Positions 19,450 to 28,728 of a stretch of DNA of 64,000 nt are shown piece by piece. This DNA is from Bacteroidota bacterium. Its GTDB lineage: Bacteria > Bacteroidota > Bacteroidia > Flavobacteriales > Flavobacteriaceae. The DNA is taken from the NCBI GenBank assembly GCA_039184335.1, contig JBCDBD010000012.1, positions 3,780-67,779 of the forward strand. The letters run 5' to 3'. Each line of letters begins with the position of its first letter. Position 1 is the stretch's first letter. The position numbers and the translations under genes are program-made. The notes beneath the pieces are model-generated. The model was not told where the DNA came from. It searched no databases and saw nothing but the letters and a program-made list of their open reading frames with translations.

Positions 19450-20066
19450 TTAGCCCAAGACCAAGCCCTTTTTCTTTACCCATAAGTAGGCAAAGACCAT
19501 ATTTGGAACCCAGCACAACCATGCCACCACTTTGTAGGCCGGCAAAAATCCACCGAATGTGATGGTCAATGGGCAGCCAAGCCTAAGGTGACTGCTGCAA
19601 AACAAGCAGCATAACTATAGGCCATCATACCTTGATGTAGTGACACATCTTTTCTGCGAATGGCAACGTATGCCCGAAGCGTTGTGTACAACTAGATGCA
19701 TCCCAAACTGATGAACCCAAAAGAGGCAATCCATCCTACTGTGGCGAAAAAACCAATATACACTGCACAAACACCACTTAAAAAGACCGGGAAGACATAG
19801 ATTTTTCCAAGATTTTTGTGAAGTGCAAGCTTCTTTGTCCGTAGTTTTTTGCTAAACTGCGACCATCCGGGTCATCAACGCAATTCCCCCGAAAACAATA
19901 TGCCCATAAAACCCGGTGTTCCATTGGGTGTGCTTGACAATAGCACAACTAATTTAGAGTTCAAAAGACCAACTGTTCCATCGGTCAAAAGGTACATTAA
20001 CGGATACAACCCCACGCCCATAGCCAAAAAGGTGAAGACCAACCAGACCATTCTAATTGTCCTCAT
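19450..20066 (-). pseudogene. disrupted DUF2306-family membrane protein gene
   Basis: Only the 63-aa N-terminal ORF is intact. My translation of the other minus-strand frames recovers the rest in pieces: KHTQWNTGFYGHIVFGGIALMT / GWSQFSKKLRTKKLALHKNLGKIYV...SLGCI*LYTTLRAYVAIRRKDVSLHQGMMAYSYAACFAAVTL / RLGCPLTITFGGFLPAYKVVAWLCWVPNMVFAY. That implies at least 3 frameshifts and an in-frame TAG (19692..19694). Confidence 0.7.
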
Positions 20067-20067
20067 T

Positions 20068-21798
20068 TCAACGGTATTTCCAGCTCGTTAAATCAGCATC
20101 TTTAGGGGCCGTTTTGGCAATGCGTTCCATAATCTTGGGCACGTACATGCTGTTGTAGCGCAATCGACTGATATGGTTAGGGTTCTCTTGATCCCCGTTC
20201 CAACAATGTTCTGCCCGATCCCCATAGTCAACTTCTCCACCATAATAGGGATCTGAAGTATTTTCTAAGAATTCTTCCATCAAATAGACGGCATTGTTTA
20301 GGTAATAGTTATCCATATCTCCGCAATAGATGTGTATTTTTCCCTGGAGTTTCTCCCCTAGTTTATCCCAGTCCCGTTCCAGAATATGCCGTAAATCGTA
20401 ATTTTCTTTCCAATATTCAGCAACACTGGGGTTAATATCTCCATTCATTTTGTTCCACAGACGTTCTGGGTAACCATCTTTCCCTTGGGGGGAATAGGTG
20501 GCTTCCCAAATATCCCATTGCTGTCCTGACCGGGATTTAGTACCCAAAACCAATTCTAAATGGTTGTATTCACGTACAGTGGTCTGTACATGCCCAAGAT
20601 AATCGCGGTGCGCAGGTACTTCAGTGGGTTTATGTTCACTTTCGTAGTGGTAGGCATTTTGATCTTCATAGATATTGGTAAGACAATATGCCCTAAAATC
20701 AATCGGATCAGGACATGCGGCAAAGCAACCGTTGTATTCTTCAGGATATTTTACTTGTACCGCCAAGGCTTCCCAACCTCCCGTCGAACCTCCATATAAA
20801 AACCGTGACCACCCTTTGCCAATACCCCTAAACTCTTTTTCAATATGGGGAACCAATTCATAGGTGATGGCATCCCCATATGGGCCTTGACTGGCTGAAT
20901 TCACCGCATAAGAGTCGTCATAATATGGGGTAGGGTGCTGAATTTCCACAATCAAAAACCTTGGAAAATCAGGTTGGTTCCATCGTTGGTAAAATTCGTA
21001 GGCCTCTTTTTGTTGTATGATATTATACCCTTTCACATCGAAACGGGCTGAATAATCAGGCTGCAGTTCAGGATCGGAAGGCGTAGTTCTAAATCCGCCA
21101 AAATCAGCGGGGAAGTGTCCGTGGAAAATCATTAACGGATAGTGCGCTTCAGGATGTTCTTCAAATCCTTTGGGCAACAAGACATGGGCACCCAAATACA
21201 TGTCCCTGCCCCAAAACTTAGATAGCTTTTCAGATTTGATCTTAATATGCTTGATCCACTCGGTATCTTCAGGTTCTTCGATCGGTGGAATGACCTGGTC
21301 CATCACCACTTCAACATTTTGTGATCCGCCTTTACCAATGGTAATCTTGAACGGTTTACTGTATAAATTACCGGGAGAACGATTCCATTGTTGGCCTTCG
21401 CCATTATCCATGGGTAATTTGACCTCATGCCCTGTTGCAAGGTTAAACGTCTCGTAAACGTGTAACAAGGCTTGCACAGAGTAGTCTCCTGGGGGTAGCT
21501 TTGACAGACCTTCATAAGGAAAACCAAATACCGAGTCGTCAAAAACCAGTTGCTGTCCGGGTTGCATTCCCTCAACATCCATTCCAAATATCGGTTGTGC
21601 ATTCCGTCCAGCATTTATTTGAAAGCGCGGTTCTTTTTCGTCATTCTTGCCCAGCATCAACAATAATCTGCCATCTAAGTCGGTAGTGCCCACACTTTCA
21701 GAAAAAGAAACTGCAATTTTAACTTTTTCCACAGATTTCTTTTTGCATCCCCACACAAATGCAATAGCTATGACAAACAAAAGGGATCGGTACTTCAT
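20068..21798 (-). CDS. esterase-like alpha/beta hydrolase lipoprotein
   Basis: 576 aa. It has a lipobox (VWGC) and a C-terminal esterase-like region with GGSTGGWEA around the putative nucleophile. Confidence 0.65.
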   Translation of the reverse strand: MKYRSLLFVIAIAFVWGCKKKSVEKVKIAVSFSESVGTTDLDGRLLLMLGKNDEKEPRFQINAGRNAQPIFGMDVEGMQPGQQLVFDDSVFGFPYEGLSKLPPGDYSVQALLHVYETFNLATGHEVKLPMDNGEGQQWNRSPGNLYSKPFKITIGKGGSQNVEVVMDQVIPPIEEPEDTEWIKHIKIKSEKLSKFWGRDMYLGAHVLLPKGFEEHPEAHYPLMIFHGHFPADFGGFRTTPSDPELQPDYSARFDVKGYNIIQQKEAYEFYQRWNQPDFPRFLIVEIQHPTPYYDDSYAVNSASQGPYGDAITYELVPHIEKEFRGIGKGWSRFLYGGSTGGWEALAVQVKYPEEYNGCFAACPDPIDFRAYCLTNIYEDQNAYHYESEHKPTEVPAHRDYLGHVQTTVREYNHLELVLGTKSRSGQQWDIWEATYSPQGKDGYPERLWNKMNGDINPSVAEYWKENYDLRHILERDWDKLGEKLQGKIHIYCGDMDNYYLNNAVYLMEEFLENTSDPYYGGEVDYGDRAEHCWNGDQENPNHISRLRYNSMYVPKIMERIAKTAPKDADLTSWKYR

Positions 21799-21973
21799 GT
21801 CGGTTCTTTTGTCTCTTAAGATAGGGATTTTAGCTTGGGATTTAAAAGTATTTTGTCAGGTAACACGGTGCCGTTACCGCTGTGCAGTTTATCGAATTCA
21901 TGGGTGCAAGAACAAGATTAAAAGGCCATTCCCCGTTATTCTCTCAATAAGAGTACCCAAACTTTACTAAACC

Positions 21974-22129
21974 ATGAAAACAATACTACTGTTGTTGACG
22001 GTATTTTTTACCGGTCTAGCACTCACGGGCTGTACCAATGATGAGGGTGATAATGATATTGATGTCATTACCCCTACCGATGATGAAGAGAATCTGTTCA
22101 ACGGTTCAGAAAGTCCTCAGAAAGGCTAA
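21974..22129 (+). CDS. 51-aa acidic lipoprotein (hypothetical)
   Basis: My own translation gives MKTILLLLTVFFTGLALTGCTNDEGDNDIDVITPTDDEENLFNGSESPQKG*. It has a classic lipobox. It is below the track length cutoff. Confidence 0.5.
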   Translation: MKTILLLLTVFFTGLALTGCTNDEGDNDIDVITPTDDEENLFNGSESPQKG

Positions 22130-22132
22130 AAA

Positions 22133-22152
22133 ACCCCTGTCAAAACAGGGGT
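22133..22152 (-). terminator. intrinsic terminator between convergent genes
   Basis: A perfect 8-bp stem ACCCCTGT/ACAGGGGT with a 4-nt loop. A T-run follows on the minus strand, downstream of the 22182..22595 gene. Confidence 0.6.
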
Positions 22153-22181
22153 CTCCATGTATCACAATTTTGGTGAGAGGG

Positions 22182-22595
22182 TTAATTGAACCCGAGTTCT
22201 TCCATCTTTTTTTCGGCCCTGCTGGATATTTTCTTAAATCTTTGCCCATACGACTCGTTATTGGAGCAAGAAATCGCTAAGCTCATCCATTGCTGCGACC
22301 ATGATGAGGCTTCCACAGCCATTTCTTGATATTCTTTAGATGTTACCGCACCCATCGGATTGTCTTTGTATTTTTCAAAAAAAGCAACATATTTATCCAT
22401 CCAATCTTCATATTGATCGATAAATTCATCGCAGTCCTTAGCCTTTTCAAATCTGTCTGGATCTTTCGACCCATTTTTAGAATCTGAAAATGACACTTCA
22501 GTACCATCGATTGGAGTTTTATCTTTTTCTTCTTTATCCTTGCACCCGAAGATACAAAGGGAAATCAATAACAGGAACAAGATTGGCTTTTTCAT
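22182..22595 (-). CDS. hypothetical lipoprotein
   Basis: 137 aa with a lipobox (IFGC) and a charged helical remainder. Confidence 0.6.
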   Translation of the reverse strand: MKKPILFLLLISLCIFGCKDKEEKDKTPIDGTEVSFSDSKNGSKDPDRFEKAKDCDEFIDQYEDWMDKYVAFFEKYKDNPMGAVTSKEYQEMAVEASSWSQQWMSLAISCSNNESYGQRFKKISSRAEKKMEELGFN

Positions 22596-22664
22596 TATGG
22601 TGGTGTTTAAGAGCGAAAATTATTATGTTGCCCAATATTTTAAAGATAAGCGATTTACTTATAC

Positions 22665-23855
22665 CTATCTATGCAATACAAATTCCACCCTTCTGTTCAT
22701 CGCCCAGGCTTTTTCACTATTTTCTGGTGCTATGGGTTTTTCCTCTCCATATCCCTTGCTTGATAAACGGTATCGTTTTATCCCCTTTGAAATCAGATAA
22801 TCCCGCACGGCATTGGCCCGATTTTCTGATAGTATCAGGTTGGATTCATTGCTTCCGTTCGCATCGGTATGCCCTTCAATGGTCACTTCGGTATCAGGAT
22901 GGTCTTGCAATAGTTTCAAGATTTTATCCAGCGCGGGGTATGATTCAGGTTTTATGGTGTATTTGTTGGTATCAAAATAAATATCCTGTACCACAATTCG
23001 ACCATTGGTGACCAAGCGCTCATATAATGGCAGACCGTCTTTGGCAATGGTAAAGTAATTGACCCGTGCCTTCATGTAGCCATCACCACTACTCGAATTG
23101 GGCGATAGGGTATAGAGACTGAGATGGGTAAGCTCCCTGACATTGATATCGGGATTATTGACCAATTGTTGCCCATTTACAATGACCTTTAAATTGCCCT
23201 GATTAAAGGAAATTTGCGAGGTATACCACCCTGGATTTTGCTTCCCAGCCATATAGACGACTTGATCGGATCCTGGGGCAACATTGGTACTTCTCAAGTA
23301 AATCTTGTAGGCCGGCCGGGTGCTTTTTGCACCATGGAACTGAATGATATATGCCTCATTGCCACGCTGCCAGAAGAAATGCTCCAATTCAAGCTTGAAA
23401 GAATCGCCAAGGTATTCATCAATATCAAAAGAAGGCTTGATGACGCTTTTGTTAGAGACCATTTGTACCACCCCATCAATTTTTCCTTGGTTTTCAAATA
23501 CCCCATTTTCGACAGTACCACTGATTTGGGTCCATTTTTTTGGAAATTCTCCAGGGCTTTCATTATCAAAATCATCATGAAAGATGATGTCGCCCCTATT
23601 GATAAACCCACGATCGACCACATACGTTTTCATTTGACCTGTAGTTCCCTTTTCAGATTGTTTGGGGTCTTCTTTTTTTCCGTTGAGCTCGTCATCGACA
23701 ACATCAACTACCTTGTCTTCAACTTTGTTCTTTACTTTTTTCAACAGCCCCTGCCCGTGGACCTGCACTACCAATAGATAGAGAAAAAATGTGAAAGCCA
23801 TTTTTGTTGGATTTAGTGTTCCCATCTGGATATTTTTATAATTAACAATACCCAA
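22665..23855 (-). CDS. OmpA-family protein with unknown N-terminal domain
   Basis: The C-terminal OmpA-like domain reads TIEGHTD...LSENRANAV...NRRVEF. The signal peptide suggests the start may be M19 (23801). Confidence 0.8.
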   Translation of the reverse strand: MGIVNYKNIQMGTLNPTKMAFTFFLYLLVVQVHGQGLLKKVKNKVEDKVVDVVDDELNGKKEDPKQSEKGTTGQMKTYVVDRGFINRGDIIFHDDFDNESPGEFPKKWTQISGTVENGVFENQGKIDGVVQMVSNKSVIKPSFDIDEYLGDSFKLELEHFFWQRGNEAYIIQFHGAKSTRPAYKIYLRSTNVAPGSDQVVYMAGKQNPGWYTSQISFNQGNLKVIVNGQQLVNNPDINVRELTHLSLYTLSPNSSSGDGYMKARVNYFTIAKDGLPLYERLVTNGRIVVQDIYFDTNKYTIKPESYPALDKILKLLQDHPDTEVTIEGHTDANGSNESNLILSENRANAVRDYLISKGIKRYRLSSKGYGEEKPIAPENSEKAWAMNRRVEFVLHR

Positions 23856-23915
23856 ATCTCTGTTTTTGAGATACTTGCGTCAATCGCCCAAATGGGGTAT
23901 TTGTATTCAAAGGCC

Positions 23916-24542
23916 TTATATCAACTTTTGCTTTATCGCTTTGTAAATGGCCTCTGCGCGATTTTTGACGTGTAATTTTGAATAAATGTTCTTGATATGT
24001 GTCTTAACGGTATGCGGGCTTAGAAAGAGGGCTTCGGCAATCTCTTTATAGTTCATGCCCTTGGCCAACATCTTTAGTATTTCGGTCTCACGTTCTGATA
24101 GGGGGTTGTCGATAATTCGAAATGAATTGATGATTCGTCGAGCAATTCGGCTGCTCATAGGAGCACCACCTTCATAGACCTCTCGAATATGGACCAATAG
24201 TTGTGCCGGACTGGTATCTTTTAGCAAATATCCTGAGGCTCCCGCGCATAGCGACTCAAATATGGAATCGTCGTCTGATTGCACCGTAAGCATGATAATA
24301 TCCAGCAATGGATTTTCCGATTTCAGCTGACGTGTCACCTCTATCCCCGATTTGCCAGGAAGATCGATATCCATCAAGACAATATCAAGGGGCAATGTAG
24401 TTATTGAGGCTAGGGCCGATTCCCCATCAGGAAAGGCATATTTGCAAGAAAAACCAGTCGATCCATCTAAAATAAGTTGTAAGGTCTGACGAATTTCATT
24501 TTCATCTTCAACTAGGGCAATATGAATATTTTGAACTGGCAT
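23916..24542 (-). CDS. response regulator, NarL/LuxR family
   Basis: It has a REC domain (ALVEDE...MDIDLPGKSG) and a LuxR HTH (LSERETEILKMLAKGMNYKEIAEALFLSPHTVKTH). The start is taken at M12 (cat at 24540..24542), 12 nt after the kinase stop. Confidence 0.9.
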   Translation of the reverse strand: MPVQNIHIALVEDENEIRQTLQLILDGSTGFSCKYAFPDGESALASITTLPLDIVLMDIDLPGKSGIEVTRQLKSENPLLDIIMLTVQSDDDSIFESLCAGASGYLLKDTSPAQLLVHIREVYEGGAPMSSRIARRIINSFRIIDNPLSERETEILKMLAKGMNYKEIAEALFLSPHTVKTHIKNIYSKLHVKNRAEAIYKAIKQKLI

Positions 24543-24553
24543 GTTTTTACAAG

Positions 24554-27500
24554 TTACTGATCTTGTGGGTAACATGTATCCCCCAAATGGGGTATTCTCT
24601 CCAGTCGGATCAGTGTTCCCGTTGTGGTAGATGTTATAGTAAGTACAGCTCCTATAGTGTCAGATCGGGTTTTCATATTTTTCAACCCCCTTCCCTTTGA
24701 TCTAGAGGCGACATCAAACCCTTTACCATCATCCAAAAATTCCATAACCGAAAATTGCCCATCACTTTTGAGATTGAGTTCTGCCTTGGTCCCTGTCGAA
24801 TATTTGAGACCATTGGTCATGGCCTCCTTAAAGATCAGTATAAGCTGTTTCTTGGCCATGGGACTCAACAACAAATCTGAAAAATGTTCTTCATAAGTAC
24901 TGCTCCTAAAATCAATGCTACTTTGCTCGAACATCTCCTCTCCAAACTCCTTTAAGCGTAAAAAGGTGTCACCCAAACTGTCTTTCTGGGGGTCAATTAC
25001 CCAAAGTAGATCTCGAAACCCTGTGGATAATCCTTTCACATTATACCGAATTTTATTGAAAAATGGAGTGGGATCCAACCCTTGCGTCCAGTTGCGCTCT
25101 GCCATGGTCAAAAACATGGATATTTTGGTGACCATAGAACCCAGTTCATCATGAAAATCAGCGGCATTCTCTTGGCGTAGCTGTTCACGTTCTTTGATAA
25201 GGGCGGTTTCCAATTGGTTCTTCTGTTCTAGCTCCCACTCTTTTTTTCGCACACGCGCCAAATAAAACAAACGCAACAAAACTGAAAAAAGAACCAAGTA
25301 AAGTGCATAGGCCCAAGGTGACCTCCAAAATGGAGGTTTTATGGTTACGTGTAATTTTATTGCGTTATTGGACCATTGCCCCAAACTATTGGCACCATCC
25401 AATATAATCTCATATTCGCCTGACGGTAAATTGTAATAGGTAAGCTCTGAAAGATTACCCGTCTCTATCCAAGTATTGCTTAAAGGTAAAAATTTGTGCC
25501 GGTATTGATTCGCTCCGGGATTCTGAAAATCCAGAGCAGCGTAACGGATCTTTAGGGAATTCTCAATATGTGAAAGCTTAAGTGACCCTTTTTTGACTCG
25601 GTCGTCGATTGGTTGAAAGCCACCATGTTTCTTACCAATACTTTCCACATTGGTCAATGCCAATTGAAAACTCGAGTTATTGTTGCCCAAGTCGCAACGT
25701 TCACTGAAAATGGTAATGCCGTCCCTACTTCCTATAAATACATTATCTTGGGTATCGATCCAAATGGCATTACGGTATGGAATGTTGTCAACCAACCCAT
25801 CTTTGGTTGTATAGTGCTGCCTGTCTACAAAAGTTTTTGATGCATTGTCAAATTTTGCCTTTAAGATGCCGTTGGTCGTACCTATCCATAAATTCCCTTT
25901 CATATCCTCTTGTATACCCAAAATATATTCCGATGGCATTCCTTCTGCATGCCCGAATTGAAGGAATTCATCTTCTTCTGGCGCATATAGGTTGAGCCCT
26001 CTCTGGGTGGCAATCCAGAGATTATCATTACTGTCTTTAAATATTTTTTTAATTGAGTTATTGCTCAGTGCAGTCGGGTTACCGAAGACGTTGGTATAAT
26101 TTTCAAACGTACCCGCTCCAGAGTCATCCAAGAGCCTACTGACACCACTGAAAGTGCCTATCCAAATATTATCGTTTTCATCATGCTCGATATGCATGGC
26201 TTGGGTGTTGACGAGACGCCCGTTTTCTTTTTTATCGGCCGTAAAAACCTTTACCAAGGGTTTTTCCATATCGCCGTTTTTAAGATTTAAATGCACCAAC
26301 CCCAAATAATTACCTACCCAAAACACATTGTCTTCAACCTCGTATATTTCATGGCAATGATTGTGGGGCAAGCCATCTTCGACGGTGTATCTCTTGAAGG
26401 TACCAGGTTGATACCTATCATCGAGTTGTGTCACAAAAAGCCCTCCATCTGCCCCTATCCATAACCTATTTGTACTGTCTATGAACAAATTTCGGGCTTG
26501 TTGCATATGACTTTCAGCGAAAACCAAATACTCTATCGGACACTTATTCTCCAATACATCTTGTTTTTTCAGCTTGTACAGTTTGGTAGGGGTGGTGACC
26601 CATAAATTACCTCCCCCATCTTCAATCATGGCGTAGATACCTTTGAAATCATCTAGACAGCCGTACGGTGGAAAAGTTGAAATCTCACTTTCATCAATAC
26701 TAAACTTGTATAGTCCGTTCGTGTTTGCAAACCAAACATTGTTTTGACGGTCTTGAAAGACCGCATTTGAAGCATCTGAAATCGCTAAGAACCCATTCTT
26801 TGCGACTATTTTCTGCTCTACCAATCGTTCGCCGGCAATACTGAACTTTTTGATCTCGTGCTTCCAGTTGGCCAACCAAATACTACCATTACGGTCTATA
26901 ATGGATCCTTCAACAGTGTAGCCGCCTTCTTTTTTTCCAGCTACGTTCAAAAATTGGGAAACCGCTAAAAAATTCCCTTTCAACTTCCCCTTAAGTAACC
27001 CGTGGCTTGAATCGATGATGTAAAGACTGTCATTGTATTGCTGAATTCGGTAATACCCTATATCGATTTCTTGTAAGTCTTCGTGATATTGTAGATTTAC
27101 TTTATCGAACAAAAACCTATTCACTGTATTCTTGAGATAGAGCTCGTCATTGGCAGCGGCCCAAATATTGCCTAAACGGTCTTCTGTAACTGACCAAACG
27201 GTACCTTTTGATACTGCTATTTCTTTACCGTCACCTTCTAAAAGATGGATGATCTCTTCATCAGGTCCCCTAAAAAAGATACCTCCGTAAGTAGCTATCC
27301 ATAAATTGGCATTACTATCTTCAAAAACATTGAGGATATATTCTTCATTTTCAGTTGCATTCTTGAGCAGAGGGATGTGGGTAATCAAATTGTTCTCAAG
27401 TGTATGCAACCCTTTTGGCGTACCAATCCAAAGCTTGCCGTCTTTTGTCTCAAGAATCGTGTTTATCTTATTATCACGCAATCCAACAGTATCTTTTAGT

Positions 27501-27784
27501 GATGCCAAATATGGTTTGAATTCTTGACCATCAAAACGATATAACCCATTGTTACCAGCTACCCAGATAAAGCCATTACTATCTTGAATTACGTCATGAA
27601 CAATACGGGAGGGAAGTCCATTGTTATCAGCATATCTGGTTACCTTATAGTTTTGTGGGAATACAACTGTCGTGTACATGAAAAAGAACGGCAATAACCT
27701 CAAAAAACGACAATGATATCTAGAGCGACTTTTTATTCTATGGGCTACCATTACAAACCTTTTCAACCATACGGTGAGCTCCAA
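24554..27784 (-). CDS. sensor histidine kinase with periplasmic two-component-regulator propeller repeats and Y_Y_Y domain
   Basis: About 1070 aa. It contains many repeats of the type G..W(I/V)(G/A)T..GL. A Y_Y_Y-like region follows (YRHKF...YYNLPSGEYEI). After that come a TM segment, a HisKA_3 H-box (FHDELGS) and an HATPase_c domain. The exact start is uncertain. Confidence 0.85.
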   Translation of the reverse strand: MELTVWLKRFVMVAHRIKSRSRYHCRFLRLLPFFFMYTTVVFPQNYKVTRYADNNGLPSRIVHDVIQDSNGFIWVAGNNGLYRFDGQEFKPYLASLKDTVGLRDNKINTILETKDGKLWIGTPKGLHTLENNLITHIPLLKNATENEEYILNVFEDSNANLWIATYGGIFFRGPDEEIIHLLEGDGKEIAVSKGTVWSVTEDRLGNIWAAANDELYLKNTVNRFLFDKVNLQYHEDLQEIDIGYYRIQQYNDSLYIIDSSHGLLKGKLKGNFLAVSQFLNVAGKKEGGYTVEGSIIDRNGSIWLANWKHEIKKFSIAGERLVEQKIVAKNGFLAISDASNAVFQDRQNNVWFANTNGLYKFSIDESEISTFPPYGCLDDFKGIYAMIEDGGGNLWVTTPTKLYKLKKQDVLENKCPIEYLVFAESHMQQARNLFIDSTNRLWIGADGGLFVTQLDDRYQPGTFKRYTVEDGLPHNHCHEIYEVEDNVFWVGNYLGLVHLNLKNGDMEKPLVKVFTADKKENGRLVNTQAMHIEHDENDNIWIGTFSGVSRLLDDSGAGTFENYTNVFGNPTALSNNSIKKIFKDSNDNLWIATQRGLNLYAPEEDEFLQFGHAEGMPSEYILGIQEDMKGNLWIGTTNGILKAKFDNASKTFVDRQHYTTKDGLVDNIPYRNAIWIDTQDNVFIGSRDGITIFSERCDLGNNNSSFQLALTNVESIGKKHGGFQPIDDRVKKGSLKLSHIENSLKIRYAALDFQNPGANQYRHKFLPLSNTWIETGNLSELTYYNLPSGEYEIILDGANSLGQWSNNAIKLHVTIKPPFWRSPWAYALYLVLFSVLLRLFYLARVRKKEWELEQKNQLETALIKEREQLRQENAADFHDELGSMVTKISMFLTMAERNWTQGLDPTPFFNKIRYNVKGLSTGFRDLLWVIDPQKDSLGDTFLRLKEFGEEMFEQSSIDFRSSTYEEHFSDLLLSPMAKKQLILIFKEAMTNGLKYSTGTKAELNLKSDGQFSVMEFLDDGKGFDVASRSKGRGLKNMKTRSDTIGAVLTITSTTTGTLIRLERIPHLGDTCYPQDQ

Positions 27785-27852
27785 AGTTAATTGTATTCAA
27801 TTGAAAATCAACACCTATAAAGTTGATTTTATGTAAAGTGAATTTGTTGTCG

Positions 27853-28728
27853 CTACATGTGCCGTTCGCGGGCCAGTAGGGTATTCTTTAAGAGCATGGC
27901 AATCGTCATGGGACCGACACCACCTGGAACAGGTGTTATGTAAGATGCTTTTTTGCTTACATTTTCGAAATCGACGTCCCCAGTAATATAATACCCCCTT
28001 TCCCTGGTTGCATCTGGTACACGGGTAATACCAACGTCGATGACCACAACACCCTCTTTGACCATATCGGCCTTTAGAAAATTTGGGGCTCCGAGCGCTG
28101 AAACCACAATATCGGCCTGTAACGTCAATTCCTTTAAATTTTGGGTCCTGCTATGGGCAAGGGTAACGGTAGCATCTGCAGCCTTGCCTTTCTGGCTCAT
28201 CAGAATACTTATGGGTCGCCCCACAATATGGCTTCGGCCAATGACGACGGTATGCTTACCCGAAGTTTCAACCTCATAACGCTTCAGCAGTTCCATGATT
28301 CCGAATGGGGTAGCTGGTATGAACGATTCCATATCCAAGGCCATTTTACCAAAATTGGTCGGATGAAAGCCATCAACATCTTTGTTGGGATGAACTGCCA
28401 TCAACACTTTTTGCTCATCGATGTGCTTTGGCAAAGGTAGTTGTACGATATAGCCATCAATGGTTTTATTGTTGTTTAATTCTTCTACTTGCTTCAGCAA
28501 TGTTGCTTCAGTGGTTTCTTCTGGGAGATGGATCAATGTGGACTCAAAACCGATTTTTTTGCAGGAACGGACTTTGCTGCCAACATAAGTCAAACTGGCA
28601 CCGTCATTGCCCACGAGTACTGCGGCCAAATGGGGCACTTTTTCGCCCCGCTCTTTCATTTGGCCAACTTGTAAAGCAATCTCTTCCTTGATTTGGTTGG
28701 CTGTTCTTTTTCCGTCCAATAGTTCCAT
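27853..28728 (-). CDS. folD: bifunctional methylene-THF dehydrogenase / methenyl-THF cyclohydrolase
   Basis: 291 aa, full-length FolD-like (LDGK...YVGSK...GRSHIVGRP...PGGVGPMT). Its ATG overlaps the ffh stop (TAATG at 28726..28730). Confidence 0.95.
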   Translation of the reverse strand: MELLDGKRTANQIKEEIALQVGQMKERGEKVPHLAAVLVGNDGASLTYVGSKVRSCKKIGFESTLIHLPEETTEATLLKQVEELNNNKTIDGYIVQLPLPKHIDEQKVLMAVHPNKDVDGFHPTNFGKMALDMESFIPATPFGIMELLKRYEVETSGKHTVVIGRSHIVGRPISILMSQKGKAADATVTLAHSRTQNLKELTLQADIVVSALGAPNFLKADMVKEGVVVIDVGITRVPDATRERGYYITGDVDFENVSKKASYITPVPGGVGPMTIAMLLKNTLLARERHM

